Shown one piece after another: positions 12,101 to 24,600 of a stretch of DNA of 64,000 nucleotides. The translations under genes were made by a program, and so were the position numbers. This DNA is from Heterodontus francisci (taxonomy: Eukaryota): contig NC_090384.1 in assembly GCF_036365525.1 (NCBI RefSeq), positions 21,850,776-21,914,775 on the forward strand. The letters are read 5' to 3'. Positions within the stretch are counted from its first letter, which is position 1, and each line of letters begins with the position of its first letter. The notes below the pieces were generated by a model. The model saw only the letters and a program-made list of their open reading frames with translations, was not told where the DNA came from and searched no databases.

Positions 12101-14023
12101 GAGTATTGTAGTCCATTTGGAATGGAGTATTGTAGTCCTTTTGGAATGGAATATTGTAGTCCTGTTGGAATGGAGTATTGTAGTCCATTTGGAATGGAAT
12201 ATTGTAGTCCTGTTGCAACGGAGTATTGTAGTCCTGTTGGAATGGATTATTGTAGTCCATTTGGAATGGAGTATTGTAGTCCTGTTGCAACGGAGTATTG
12301 TAGTCCTGTTGGAATGGAGTATTGTAGTCCATTTGGAATGGAGTATTGTAGTCCTGTTGGAATGGAGTATTGTAGTCCTGTAGAAATGGAGTATTGTAGT
12401 CCTTTTGGAATGGAGTATTGTAGTCCTGTTGGAATGGAGTATTGTAGTCCTGTTGGAATGGAGTATTGTAGACCATTTGGAATGGAGTATTGTGGTCCTG
12501 TTGGAATGGAGTATTGTAGTCCTGTTGGAATGGAGTATTGTAGTCCTGTTGGAATGGAGTATTGTAGTCCATTTGGAATGGAGTATTGTAGTCCTGCAGA
12601 AATGGAGTATTGTGGCCCTGTTGGAATGGAGTATTGTAGTCCATTTGGAATGGAGTATTGTAGTCCTGTAGAAATGGAGCATTGTAGTCCTTTTGGAATG
12701 GAGTATTGTAGTCCTGTTGGAATGGAGTATTGTAGTCCATTTGGAATGGAGTATTGTAGTCCTGTAGAAATGGAGCATTGTAGTCCTTTTGGAATGGAGT
12801 ATTGTAGTCCTTTTGGAATGGAGTATTGTAGTCCATTTGGAATGGAGTATTGTAGTCCTTTTGGAATGGAGTATTGTAGTCCTGTTGGAATGGAGTATTG
12901 TAGTCCTGTTGGAATGGAGTATTGTGGTCCTGTTGGAATGGAGTATTGTAGTCCATTTGGAATGGAGTATTGTAGTCCTTTTGGAATGGAATATTGTAGT
13001 CCTGTTGCAACGGAGTATTGTAGTCCTGTTGGAATGGAGTATTGTAGTCCTGTTACAACGGAGTATTGTAGTCCTGTTGGAATGGAGTATTGTAGTCCAT
13101 TTGGAATGGAGTATTGTAGTCCTGTTGCAACGGAGTATTGTAGTCCAAAAGGAATGGAGTATTGTAGTCCTTTTGGAATGGAATATTGTAGTCCTGTTGG
13201 AATGGAGTATTGTAGTCCTTTTGGAATGGAGTATTGTAGTCCTGTTGCAACGGAGTATTGTAGTCCTGTTGGAATGGAGTATTGTAGTCCATTTGGAATG
13301 GAGTATTGTAGTCCTTTTGGAATGGAATATTGTAGTCCTGTTGGAATGGAGTATTGTAGTCCATTTGGAATGGAATATTGTAGTCCTGTTGCAACGGAGT
13401 ATTGTAGTCCTGTTGGAATGGATTATTGTAGTCCATTTGGAATGGAATATTGTAGTCCTGTTGCAACGGAGTATTGTAGTCCTGTTGGAATGGATTATTG
13501 TAGTCCATTTGGAATGGAGAATTGTAGTCCTGTTGCAACGGAGTATTGTAGTCCTGTTGGAATGGAGTATTGTAGTCCTGTTGGAATGGAGTATTGTAGT
13601 CCATTTGGAATGGAGTATTGTAGTCCTTTTGGAATGGAATATTGTTGTCCTGTTGGAATGGAGTCTTGTAGTCCTGTTGGAATGGAGTATTGTAGTCCAT
13701 TTGGAATGGAGTATTGTAGTCCTTTTGGAATGGAGTATTGTAGTCCTGTTGGAATGGAGTCTTGTAGTCCTGTTGGAATGGAGTATTGTAGTCCTGTAGA
13801 AATGGAGTATTGTAGTCCTGTTGCAATGGAGTATTGTGGTCCTGTTGGAATGGAGTCTTGTAGTCCTGTTGGAATGGAGTATTGCAGTCCTGTTTGAATG
13901 GAGTATTGTAGTCCTTTTGGAATGTAGTATTGTGGTCCTGTTGGAATGGAGTATTGTAGTCCTGTTGGAATGGAGTATTGTGGTCCTGTTGCAATGGAGT
14001 ATTGTAGTCCTGTTGGAATGGAG
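9173..14023 (+). repeat. Near-perfect tandem duplication, unit 2421 bp (101 monomers, three of them 23 bp)
   Basis: Identical ORFs at offset 2421 (9294/11715, 9437/11858, 10368/12789). Rare variants such as ccaaaagga, gttacaacgg and ggagaattg recur at the same offset. Confidence 0.92.
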
Positions 14024-14078
14024 TATTGTAGTCCATTTGGAATGGAGTATTGTAGTCCATTTGGAATGGAATATTGTA

Positions 14079-14085
14079 GTCCTGT
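14079..14085 (+). repeat. Left target-site duplication copy, GTCCTGT
   Basis: ...atattgta GTCCTGT tctttctttt. Removing the element and one copy restores a normal monomer, tattgtagtcctgtagaaatgg. Confidence 0.8.
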
Positions 14086-15109
14086 TCTTTCTTTTGGGCC
14101 TCCTTATCTCGAGAGACAATGGATACGCGCCTGGAGGTGGTCAGTGGTTTGTGAAGCAGCGCCTGGAGTGGCTATAAAGGCCAATTCTGGAGTGACAGGC
14201 TCTTCCACAGATGCTGCAGAGAAATTTGTTTGTTGGGGCTGTTGCACAGTTGGCTCTCCCCTTGCGCCTCTGTCTTTTTTCCTGCCAACTACTAAGTCTC
14301 TTCGACTCGCCACAATTTAGCCCTGTCTTTATGGCTGCCCGCCAGCTCTGGCGAATGCTGGCAACTGACTCCCACGACTTGTGATCAATGTCACACGATT
14401 TCATGTCGCGTTTGCAGACGTCTTTATAACGGAGACATGGACGGCCGGTGGGTCTGATACCAGTGGCGAGCTCGCTGTACAATGTGTCTTTGGGGATCCT
14501 GCCATCTTCCATGCGGCTCACATGGCCAAGCCATCTCAAGCGCCGCTGACTCAGTAGTGTGTATAAGCTGGGGGTGTTGGCCACCTCGAGTACTTCTGTG
14601 TTGGAGATACGGTCCTGCCACCTGATGCCAAGTATTCTCCGAAGGCAGCGAAGATGGAATGAATTGAGACGTCGCTCTTGGCTGGCATACGTTGTCCAGG
14701 CCTCGCTGCCGTAGAGCAAGGTACTGAGGACACAGGCCTGATACACTCGGACTTTTGTGTTCCGTGTCAGTGCGCCATTTTCCCACACTCTCTTGGCCAG
14801 TCTGAACATAGCAGTGGAAGCCTTACCCATGCGCTTGTTGATTTCTGCATCTAGAGACAGGTTACTGGTGATAGTTGAGCCTAGGTAGGTGAACTCTTGA
14901 ACCACTTCCAGAGCGTGGTCGCCAATATTGATGGATGGAGCATTTCTGACATCCTGCCCAATGATGTTCGTTTTCTTGAGGCTGATGGTTAGGCCAAAAT
15001 TCATTGCAGGCAGACGCAAACCTGTCGATGAGACTCTGCAGGCATTCTTCAGTGTGAGATGTTAAAGCAGCATCGTCAGCAAAGAGGAGTTCTCTGATGA
15101 GGACTTTCC
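14086..15109 (-). mobile_element. 5'-truncated RTE-clade (BovB-like) non-LTR retrotransposon inserted in the satellite
   Basis: The minus strand encodes KVLIRELLFADDAAL (FADD at 15072-15083), FGLTISLKKT, FTYLGS, TLLYGSEAW, RLRWLGHVSRMEDGRIPK and a terminal CSICGRACHSRIGLYSH. It has a short 3' UTR ending in an AAAG-type tail (tctttctttt on plus from 14086) and is flanked by GTCCTGT on both sides. Confidence 0.95.
14141..15109 (-). pseudogene. RTE ORF C-terminal part (RT thumb plus C2H2-like zinc finger), 5'-truncated with one +1 frameshift
   Basis: 292-aa ORF at 14141-15019 with no internal stops. The upstream FADD-containing frame (...DRFASACNE) is offset by one extra base in the A4 run at 14996-14999. 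Confidence 0.88.
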
Positions 15110-15116
15110 GTCCTGT
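15110..15116 (+). repeat. Right target-site duplication copy, GTCCTGT
   Basis: ...ggactttcc GTCCTGT agaaatggcg. The first 1-2 nt could be junction microhomology, so the TSD is 5-7 bp. Confidence 0.8.
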
Positions 15117-18100
15117 AGAAATGGCGTATTGTAGTCCTTTTGGAATGGAGTATTGCAGTTCTGTTCGAATGGAGTATTGTAGTCCATTTGGAATGGAGTA
15201 TTGTGGTCCTGTTGGAATGGAGTATTGTAGTCCTGTTGCAATGAAGTATTGTAGTCCTGTTGGAATGGAGTATTGTAGTCCATTTGGAATGGAGTATTGT
15301 AGTCCTGTAGAAATGGAGTATTGTAGTCCTTTTGGAATGGAGTATTGTAGTCCTGTTGGAATGGAGTATTGTAGTCCATTTGGAATGGAGTATTGTAGTC
15401 CTGCAGAAATGGAGTATTGTGGTCCTGTTGGAATGGAGTATTGTAGTCCTGTCGAAATGGAGTATTGTAGTCCTTTTGGAATGGAGTATTGTGGTCCTGT
15501 TGGAATGGAGTATTGTAGTCCTGTTGGAATGGAGTATTGTAGTCCATTTGGAATGGAGTATTGTAGTCCTTTTGGAATGGAGTATTGTAGTCCTTTTGGA
15601 ATGGAGTATTGTGGTCCTGTTGGAATGGAGTATTGTAGTCCTGTTGGAATGGAGTATTGTAGTCCTGTAGAAATGGAGTATTGTAGTCCTTTTGGAATGG
15701 AGTATTGTAGTCCTTTTGGAATGGAGTATTGTGGTCCTGTTGGAATGGAGTATTGTAGTCCTGTTGGAATGGAGTATTGTAGTCCTGTTGGAATGGAGTA
15801 CTGTAGTCCTGTTGGAATGGAGTATGATATTCCATTTGGAATGGAGTATTGTAGTCCTGTAGAAATGGAGTATTGTATTCCTGTTGGAATGGAGTATTGT
15901 AGTCCTGTAGAAATGGAGTATTGTAGTCCTGTTGGAATGGAGTATTGTAGTCCTGTTGGAATGCAGTTTTGTAGTCCTGTTGGAATGGAATATTGTATTC
16001 CTGTTGGAATGGAGTATTGTAGTCCTGTAGAAATGGAGTATTGTAGTCCTTTTGGAATGGAGTATTGTAGTCCTGTAGAAATGGAGTATTGTAGTCCTTT
16101 TGGAATGGAGTATTGTAGTCCTTTTGGAATGGAGTATTGTGGTCCTGTTGGAATGGAGTATTGTAGTCCTGTTGGAATGGAGTATTGTAGTCCATTTGGA
16201 ATGGAGTATTGTAGTCCTGTTGGAATGGAGTATTGTAGTCCTGTTGGAATGGAGTCTTGTAGTCCTGTTGGAATGGAGTATTGTCGTCCTGTAGAAATGG
16301 AGTATTGTAGTCCTGTTGAAATGGAGTATTGTAGTCCTGTTGGAATGGAGTATTGTCGTCCTGTAGAAATGGAGTATTGTAGTCCTTTTGGAATGCAGTT
16401 TTGTAGTCCTGTTGGAATGGAATATTGTATTCCTGTTGGAATGGAGTATTGTAGTCCTGTAGAAATGGAGTATTGTACTCCCTTTGGAATGGAGTATTGT
16501 AGTCCTGTTGGAATGGAGTATTGTAGTCCTGTTGGAATGGAGTATTGTAGTCCTGTAGAAATGGAGTATTGTAGTCCCTTTGGAATGGAGTATTGTGGTC
16601 CTGTTGGAATGGAGTATTGTAGTCCTGTTGGAATGGAGTATTGCAGTCCTGTTTGAATGGAGTATTGTAGTCCTTTTGGAATGAAGTATTGTGGTCCTGT
16701 TGGAATGGAGTATTGTGGTCCTGTTGGAATGGAGTATTGTAGTCCTGTTGGAATGGAGTATTGTGGTCCTGTTGGAATGGAGTATTGTAGTCCTGTTGGA
16801 ATGGAGTATTGTAGTCCTTTTGGAATGGAGTATTGTAGTCCTGTAGAAATGGAGTATTGTAGTCCTTTTGGAATGGAGTATTGTAGTCCTGTTGGAATGG
16901 AGTATTGTAGTCCTGTAGAAATGGAGTATTGTAGTCCTGTTGGAATGGAGTATTGTGGTCCTGCAGAAATGGAGTATTGTAGTCCTTTTGGAATGGAGTA
17001 TTGTAGTCCTGTTGGAATGGAGTATTGTAGTCCTTTTGGAATGGAGTATTGTAGTCCTGTTGGAATGGAGTATTGTAGTCCCTTTGGAATGGAGTATTGT
17101 AGTCCTGTTGGAATGGAGTATTGTAGTCCTGTTGGAATGGAGTATTGCAGTCCTGTTTGAATGGAGTATTGTAGTCCTTTTGGAATGTAGTATTGTGGTC
17201 CTGTTGGAATGGAGTATTGTGGTCCTGTTGGAATGGAGTATTGTAGTCCTGTTGGAATGGAGTATTGTGGTCCTGTTGGAATGGAGCATTGTAGTCCTGT
17301 TGGAATGGAGTATTGTAGTCCTGCTGGAATGGAGTATTGTAGTCCATTTGGAATGGAGTATTGTAGTCCTGCAGAAATGGTGTATTGTAGTCCTTTTGGA
17401 ATGGAGTATTGTAGTCCTGTAGAAATGGTGTATTGTAGTCCTTTTGGAATGGAGTATTGCAGTTCTGTTGGAATGGAGTATTGTAGTCCATTTGGAATGG
17501 AGTATTGTGGTCCTGTTGGAATGGAGTATTGTAGTCCTGTTGCAATGAAGTATTGTAGTCCTGTTGGAATGGAGTATTGTAGTCCATTTGGAATGGAGTA
17601 TTGTAGTCCTGTAGAAATGGAGTATTGTAGTCCTTTTGGAATGGAGTATTGTAGTCCTGTTGGAATGGAGTATTGTAGTCCATTTGGAATGGAGTATTGT
17701 AGTCCTGCAGAAAAGGAGTATTGTGGTCCTGTTGGAATGGAGTATTGTAGTCCTGTCGAAATGGAGTATTGTAGTCCTTTTGGAATGGAGTATTGTAGTC
17801 CTTTTGGAATGGAGTATTGTGGTCCTGTTGGAATGGAGTATTGTAGTCCTGTTGGAATGGAGTATTGTCGTCCTGTTGGAATGGAGTATTGTAGTCCTGT
17901 TGGAATGGAGTATTGTAGTCCTGTAGAAATGGAGTATTGTAGTCCTTTTGGAATGGAGTATTGTAGTCCTTTTGGAATGGAGTATTGTGGTCCTGTTGGA
18001 ATGGAGTATTGTAGTCCTGTTGGAATGGAGTATTGTAGTCCTGTAGAAATGGAGTATTGTAGTCCTTTTGGAATGGAGTATTGTAGTCCTTTTGGAATGG

Positions 18101-18559
18101 AGTATTGTGGTCCTGTTGGAATGGAGTATTGTAGTCCTGTTGGAATGGAGTATTGTAGTCCTGTTGGAATGGAGTACTGTAGTCCTGTTGGAATGGAGTA
18201 TGATATTCCATTTGGAATGGAGTATTGTAGTCCTGTAGAAATGGAGTATTGTATTCCTGTTGGAATGGAGTATTGTAGTCCTGTAGAAATGGAGTATTGT
18301 AGTCCTGTTGGAATGGAGTATTGTAGTCCTGTTGGAATGCAGTTTTGTAGTCCTGTTGGAATGGAATATTGTATTCCTGTTGGAATGGAGTATTGTAGTC
18401 CTGTAGAAATGGAGTATTGTAGTCCTTTTGGAATGGAGTATTGTAGTCCTGTAGAAATGGAGTATTGTAGTCCTTTTGGAATGGAGTATTGTAGTCCTTT
18501 TGGAATGGAGTATTGTGGTCCTGTTGGAATGGAGTATTGTAGTCCTGTTGGAATGGAGT

Positions 18560-21530
18560 ATTGTAGTCCTTTTGGAATGGATTATTGTGGTCCATTTGGA
18601 ATGGAGTATTGTAGTCCTGTTGGAATGGAGTATTGTAGTCCTGTTGGAATGGAGTATTGTCGTCCATTTGGAATGGAGTATTGTAGTCCTGTAGAAATGG
18701 AGTATTGTAGTCCTTTTGGAATGGATTATTGTGGTCCATTTGGAATGGAGTATTGTAGTCCTGTTGGAATGGAGTATTGTAGTCCTGTTGGAATGGAGTA
18801 TTGTAGTCCATTTGGAATGGAGTATTGTAGTCCTGTTGGAATGGAGTATTGTAGTCCTGTTGGAATGGAGTCTTGTAGTCCTGTTGGAATGGAGTATTGT
18901 CGTCCGGTAGAAATGGAGTATTGTAGTCCTGTTGGAATGGAGTATTGTAGTCCTGTTGGAATGGAGTATTGTAGTCCATTTGGAATGGAGTATTGTGGTC
19001 CTGTTGGAATGGAGTATTGTAGTCCTGTTGCAATGAAGTATTGTAGTCCTGTTGGAATGGAGTATTGTAGTCCATTTGGAATGGAGTATTGTAGTCCTGT
19101 AGAAATGGAGTATTGTAGTCCTTTTGGAATGGAGTATTGTAGTCCTGTTGGAATGGAGTATTGTAGTCCATTTGGAATGGAGTATTGTAGTCCATTTGGA
19201 ATGGAGTATTGTAGTCCTGCAGAAATGGAGTATTGTGGTCCTGTTGGAATGGAGTATTGTAGTCCTGTCGAAATGGAGTATTGTAGTCCTTTTGGAATGG
19301 AGTATTGTAGTCCTTTTGGAATGGAGTATTGTGGTCCTGTTGGAATGGAGTATTGTAGTCCTGTTGGAATGGAGTATTGTCGTCCTGTTGGAATGGAGTA
19401 TTGTAGTCCATTTGGAATGGAGTATTGTAGTCCTTTTGGAATGGAGTATTGTAGTCCTTTTGGAATGGAGTATTGTGGTCCTGTTGGAATGGAGTATTGT
19501 AGTCCTGTAGAAATGGAGTATTGTAGTCCTTTTGGAATGGAGTATTGTAGTCCTTTTGGAATGGAGTATTGTGGTCCTGTTGGAATGGAGTATTGTAGTC
19601 CTGTTGGAATGGAGTATTGTAGTCCTGTTGGAATGGAGTACTGTAGTCCTGTTGGAATGGAGTATGATATTCCATTTGGAATGGAGTATTGTAGTCCTGT
19701 AGAAATGGAGTATTGTATTCCTGTTGGAATGGAGTATTGTAGTCCTGTAGAAATGGAGTATTGTAGTCCTGTTGGAATGGAGTATTGTAGTCCTGTTGGA
19801 ATGCAGTTTTGTAGTCCTGTTGGAATGGAATATTGTATTCCTGTTGGAATGGAGTATTGTAGTCCTGTAGAAATGGAGTATTGTAGTCCTTTTGGAATGG
19901 AGTATTGTAGTCCTGTAGAAATGGAGTATTGTAGTCCTTTTGGAATGGAGTATTGTAGTCCTTTTGGAATGGAGTATTGTGGTCCTGTTGGAATGGAGTA
20001 TTGTAGTCCTTTTGGAATGGATTATTGTGGTCCATTTGGAATGGAGTATTGTAGTCCTGTTGGAATGGAGTATTGTAGTCCTGTTGGAATGGAGTATTGT
20101 CGTCCATTTGGAATGGAGTATTGTAGTCCTGTAGAAATGGAGTATTGTAGTCCTTTTGGAATGGATTATTGTGGTCCATTTGGAATGGAGTATTGTAGTC
20201 CTGTTGGAATGGAGTATTGTAGTCCTGTTGGAATGGAGTATTGTAGTCCATTTGGAATGGAGTATTGTAGTCCTGTTGGAATGGAGTATTGTAGTCCTGT
20301 TGGAATGGAGTCTTGTAGTCCTGTTGGAATGGAGTATTGTCGTCCGGTAGAAATGGAGTATTGTAGTCCTGTTGGAATGGAGTATTGTAGTCCTGTTGGA
20401 ATGGAGTATTGTAGTCCATTTGGAATGGAGTATTGTGGTCCTGTTGGAATGGAGTATTGTAGTCCTGTTGCAATGAAGTATTGTAGTCCTGTTGGAATGG
20501 AGTATTGTAGTCCATTTGGAATGGAGTATTGTAGTCCTGTAGAAATGGAGTATTGTAGTCCTTTTGGAATGGAGTATTGTAGTCCTGTTGGAATGGAGTA
20601 TTGTAGTCCATTTGGAATGGAGTATTGTAGTCCATTTGGAATGGAGTATTGTAGTCCTGCAGAAATGGAGTATTGTGGTCCTGTTGGAATGGAGTATTGT
20701 AGTCCTGTCGAAATGGAGTATTGTAGTCCTTTTGGAATGGAGTATTGTAGTCCTTTTGGAATGGAGTATTGTGGTCCTGTTGGAATGGAGTATTGTAGTC
20801 CTGTTGGAATGGAGTATTGTCGTCCTGTTGGAATGGAGTATTGTAGTCCATTTGGAATGGAGTATTGTAGTCCTTTTGGAATGGAGTATTGTAGTCCTTT
20901 TGGAATGGAGTATTGTGGTCCTGTTGGAATGGAGTATTGTAGTCCTGTAGAAATGGAGTATTGTAGTCCTTTTGGAATGGAGTATTGTAGTCCTTTTGGA
21001 ATGGAGTATTGTGGTCCTGTTGGAATGGAGTATTGTAGTCCTGTTGGAATGGAGTATTGTAGTCCTGTTGGAATGGAGTACTGTAGTCCTGTTGGAATGG
21101 AGTATGATATTCCATTTGGAATGGAGTATTGTAGTCCTGTAGAAATGGAGTATTGTATTCCTGTTGGAATGGAGTATTGTAGTCCTGTAGAAATGGAGTA
21201 TTGTAGTCCTGTTGGAATGGAGTATTGTAGTCCTGTTGGAATGCAGTTTTGTAGTCCTGTTGGAATGGAATATTGTATTCCTGTTGGAATGGAGTATTGT
21301 AGTCCTGTAGAAATGGAGTATTGTAGTCCTTTTGGAATGGAGTATTGTAGTCCTGTAGAAATGGAGTATTGTAGTCCTTTTGGAATGGAGTATTGTAGTC
21401 CTTTTGGAATGGAGTATTGTGGTCCTGTTGGAATGGAGTATTGTAGTCCTTTTGGAATGGATTATTGTGGTCCATTTGGAATGGAGTATTGTAGTCCTGT
21501 TGGAATGGAGTATTGTAGTCCTGTTGGAAT
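18560..21530 (+). repeat. Tandem duplication, unit 1440 bp (60 monomers); boundaries approximate
   Basis: The rare variant cgtccggtag occurs at 18901 and 20341. ORFs 18716/20156 and 19124/20564 are identical. Confidence 0.85.
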
Positions 21531-21659
21531 GGAGTATTGTAGTCCATTTGGAATGGAGTATTGTAGTCCTGTTGGAATGGAGTATTGTAGTCCTGTTGGA
21601 ATGGAGTCTTGTAGTCCTGTTGGAATGTAGTATTGTCGTCCTGTAGAAATGGAGTATTG

Positions 21660-24600
21660 TAGTCCTGTTGGAATGGAGTATTGTAGTCCTGTTGGAATGC
21701 AGTTTTGTAGTCCTGTTGGAATGGAATATTGTATTCCTGTTGGAATGGAGTATTGTAGTCCTGTAGAAATGGAGTATTGTACTCCCTTTGGAATGGAGTA
21801 TTGTAGTCCTGTTGGAATGGAGTATTGTAGTCCTGTTGGAATGGAGTATTGTAGTCCTGTAGAAATGGAGTATTGTAGTCCCTTTGGAATGGAGTATTGT
21901 GGTCCTGTTGGAATGGAGTATTGTAATCCTGTTGGAATGGAGTATTGCAGTCCTGTTTGAATGGAGTATTGTAGTCCTTTTGGAATGAAGTATTGTGGTC
22001 CTGTTGGAATGGAGTATTGTGGTCCTGTTGGAATGGAGTATTGTAGTCCTGTTGGAATGGAGTATTGTGGTCCTGTTGGAATGGAGTATTTTGGTCCTGT
22101 TGGAATGGAGTATTGTAGTCCATTTGGAATGGAATATTGTAGTCCTGTAGAAATGGAGTATTGTAGTCCTTTTGGAATGGAGTATTGTAGTCCTGTTGGA
22201 ATGGAGTATTGTCGTCCTTTTGGAATGGAGTATTGTAGTCCTGCAGAAATGGAGTATTGTAGTCCTTTTGGAATGGAGTATTGTAGTCCATTTGGAATGG
22301 AGTATTGTAGTCCTGTTGGAATGGAGTATTGTGGTCCTGTAGAAATGGAGTATTGTAGTCCTTTTGGAATGAGTATTGTAGTCCTGTTGGAATGGAGTAT
22401 TGTAGTCCTTTTGGAATGGAGTATTGTAGTCCTGTTGGAATGGAGTATTGTAGTCCTGTTGGAATGGAGTATTGTAGTCCTGTAGAAATGGAGTATTGTT
22501 GTTCCCTTGGAATGGAGTATTGTGGTCCATTTGGAATGGAGTATTGTAGTCCTTTCGAAATGGAGTATTGTAGTCCCTTTGGAATGGAGTATTGTCGTCC
22601 TGTTGGAATGGAGTATTGTAGTCCTGTTGGAATGGAGTATTGTAGTCCTGTGGAAATGGAGTATTGTAGTCCTTTTGGAATGGAGTATTGTAGTCCTGTT
22701 GGAATAGAGTATTGTAGTCCTGTAGAAATGGAGTATTGTCGTCCCTTTGGAATGGAGTATTGTAGTCCTGTTGGAATGGAGTATTGTAGTCCTGTAGAAA
22801 TGGAGTATTGTAGTCCCTTTGGAATGGAGTATTGTAGTCCTGTAGAAATGGAGTATTGTAGTCCTTTTGGAATGGATTATTGTAGTCCTGTTGGAATGGA
22901 GTATTGTAGTCCTTTTGGAATGGAGTATTGTAGTCCTGTTGGAATGGAGTATTGTAGTCCCTTTGGAATGGAATATTGTAGTCCTGTAGAAATGGAGTAT
23001 TGTAGTCCTGTTGGAATGGAGTATTGTAGTCCTGTAGAAATGGAGTATTGTAGTCCTTTTGGAATGGAGTATTGTAGTCCTTTTGGAATGGAGTATTGTA
23101 GTCCTGTTGGAATGGAGTATTGTAGTCCTTTTGGAATGGAGTATTGTAGTCCTGTTGGAATGGAGTATTGTAGTCCTGTTGGAATGGAGTATTGTAGTCC
23201 TGTTGGAATGGAGTATTGTAGTCCTGTTGGAATGGAGTATTGTAGTCCTGTTGGAATGCAGTTTTGTAGTCCTGTTGGAATGGAATATTGTATTCCTGTT
23301 GGAATGGAGTATTGTAGTCCTGTAGAAATGGAGTATTGTACTCCCTTTGGAATGGAGTATTGTAGTCCTGTTGGAATGGAGTATTGTAGTCCTGTTGGAA
23401 TGGAGTATTGTAGTCCTGTAGAAATGGAGTATTGTAGTCCCTTTGGAATGGAGTATTGTGGTCCTGTTGGAATGGAGTATTGTAATCCTGTTGGAATGGA
23501 GTATTGCAGTCCTGTTTGAATGGAGTATTGTAGTCCTTTTGGAATGAAGTATTGTGGTCCTGTTGGAATGGAGTATTGTGGTCCTGTTGGAATGGAGTAT
23601 TGTAGTCCTGTTGGAATGGAGTATTGTGGTCCTGTTGGAATGGAGTATTTTGGTCCTGTTGGAATGGAGTATTGTAGTCCATTTGGAATGGAATATTGTA
23701 GTCCTGTAGAAATGGAGTATTGTAGTCCTTTTGGAATGGAGTATTGTAGTCCTGTTGGAATGGAGTATTGTCGTCCTTTTGGAATGGAGTATTGTAGTCC
23801 TGTAGAAATGGAGTATTGTAGTCCTTTTGGAATGGAGTATTGTAGTCCATTTGGAATGGAGTATTGTAGTCCTGTTGGAATGGAGTATTGTGGTCCTGTA
23901 GAAATGGAGTATTGTAGTCCTTTTGGAATGAGTATTGTAGTCCTGTTGGAATGGAGTATTGTAGTCCTTTTGGAATGGAGTATTGTAGTCCTGTTGGAAT
24001 GGAGTATTGTAGTCCTGTTGGAATGGAGTATTGTAGTCCTGTAGAAATGGAGTATTGTTGTTCCCTTGGAATGGAGTATTGTGGTCCATTTGGAATGGAG
24101 TATTGTAGTCCTGTCGAAATGGAGTATTGTAGTCCCTTTGGAATGGAGTATTGTCGTCCTGTTGGAATGGAGTATTGTAGTCCTGTTGGAATGGAGTATT
24201 GTAGTCCTGTGGAAATGGAGTATTGTAGTCCTTTTGGAATGGAGTATTGTAGTCCTGTTGGAATAGAGTATTGTAGTCCTGTAGAAATGGAGTATTGTCG
24301 TCCCTTTGGAATGGAGTATTGTAGTCCTGTTGGAATGGAGTATTGTAGTCCTGTAGAAATGGAGTATTGTAGTCCCTTTGGAATGGAGTATTGTAGTCCT
24401 GTAGAAATGGAGTATTGTAGTCCTTTTGGAATGGAGTATTGTAGTCCTGTTGGAATGGAGTATTGTAGTCCTTTTGGAATGGAGTATTGTAGTCCTGTTG
24501 GAATGGAGTATTGTAGTCCCTTTGGAATGGAATATTGTAGTCCTGTAGAAATGGAGTATTGTAGTCCTGTTGGAATGGAGTATTGTAGTCCTGTAGAAAT

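Larger units (their letters stand above)
2129..14085 (+). repeat. 24-bp tandem satellite, left domain (consensus GGAATGGAGTATTGTAGTCCTGTT), with 23-bp variant GGAATGGAGGA(T/C)GCAGTACTGTT
   Basis: Head-to-tail monomers are directly visible. The 23-bp variants cause the frequent frame switches in the ORF track between 2.3 and 11.9 kb. Confidence 0.99.

Noticed and set aside
13821-14786. Satellite-RTE fusion ORFs and alternative frames (13821-14177, 13946-14320, 14424-14786, 14551-14733)
   Set aside because: These are chance read-through across the insertion junction or shadow frames of the RTE ORF.
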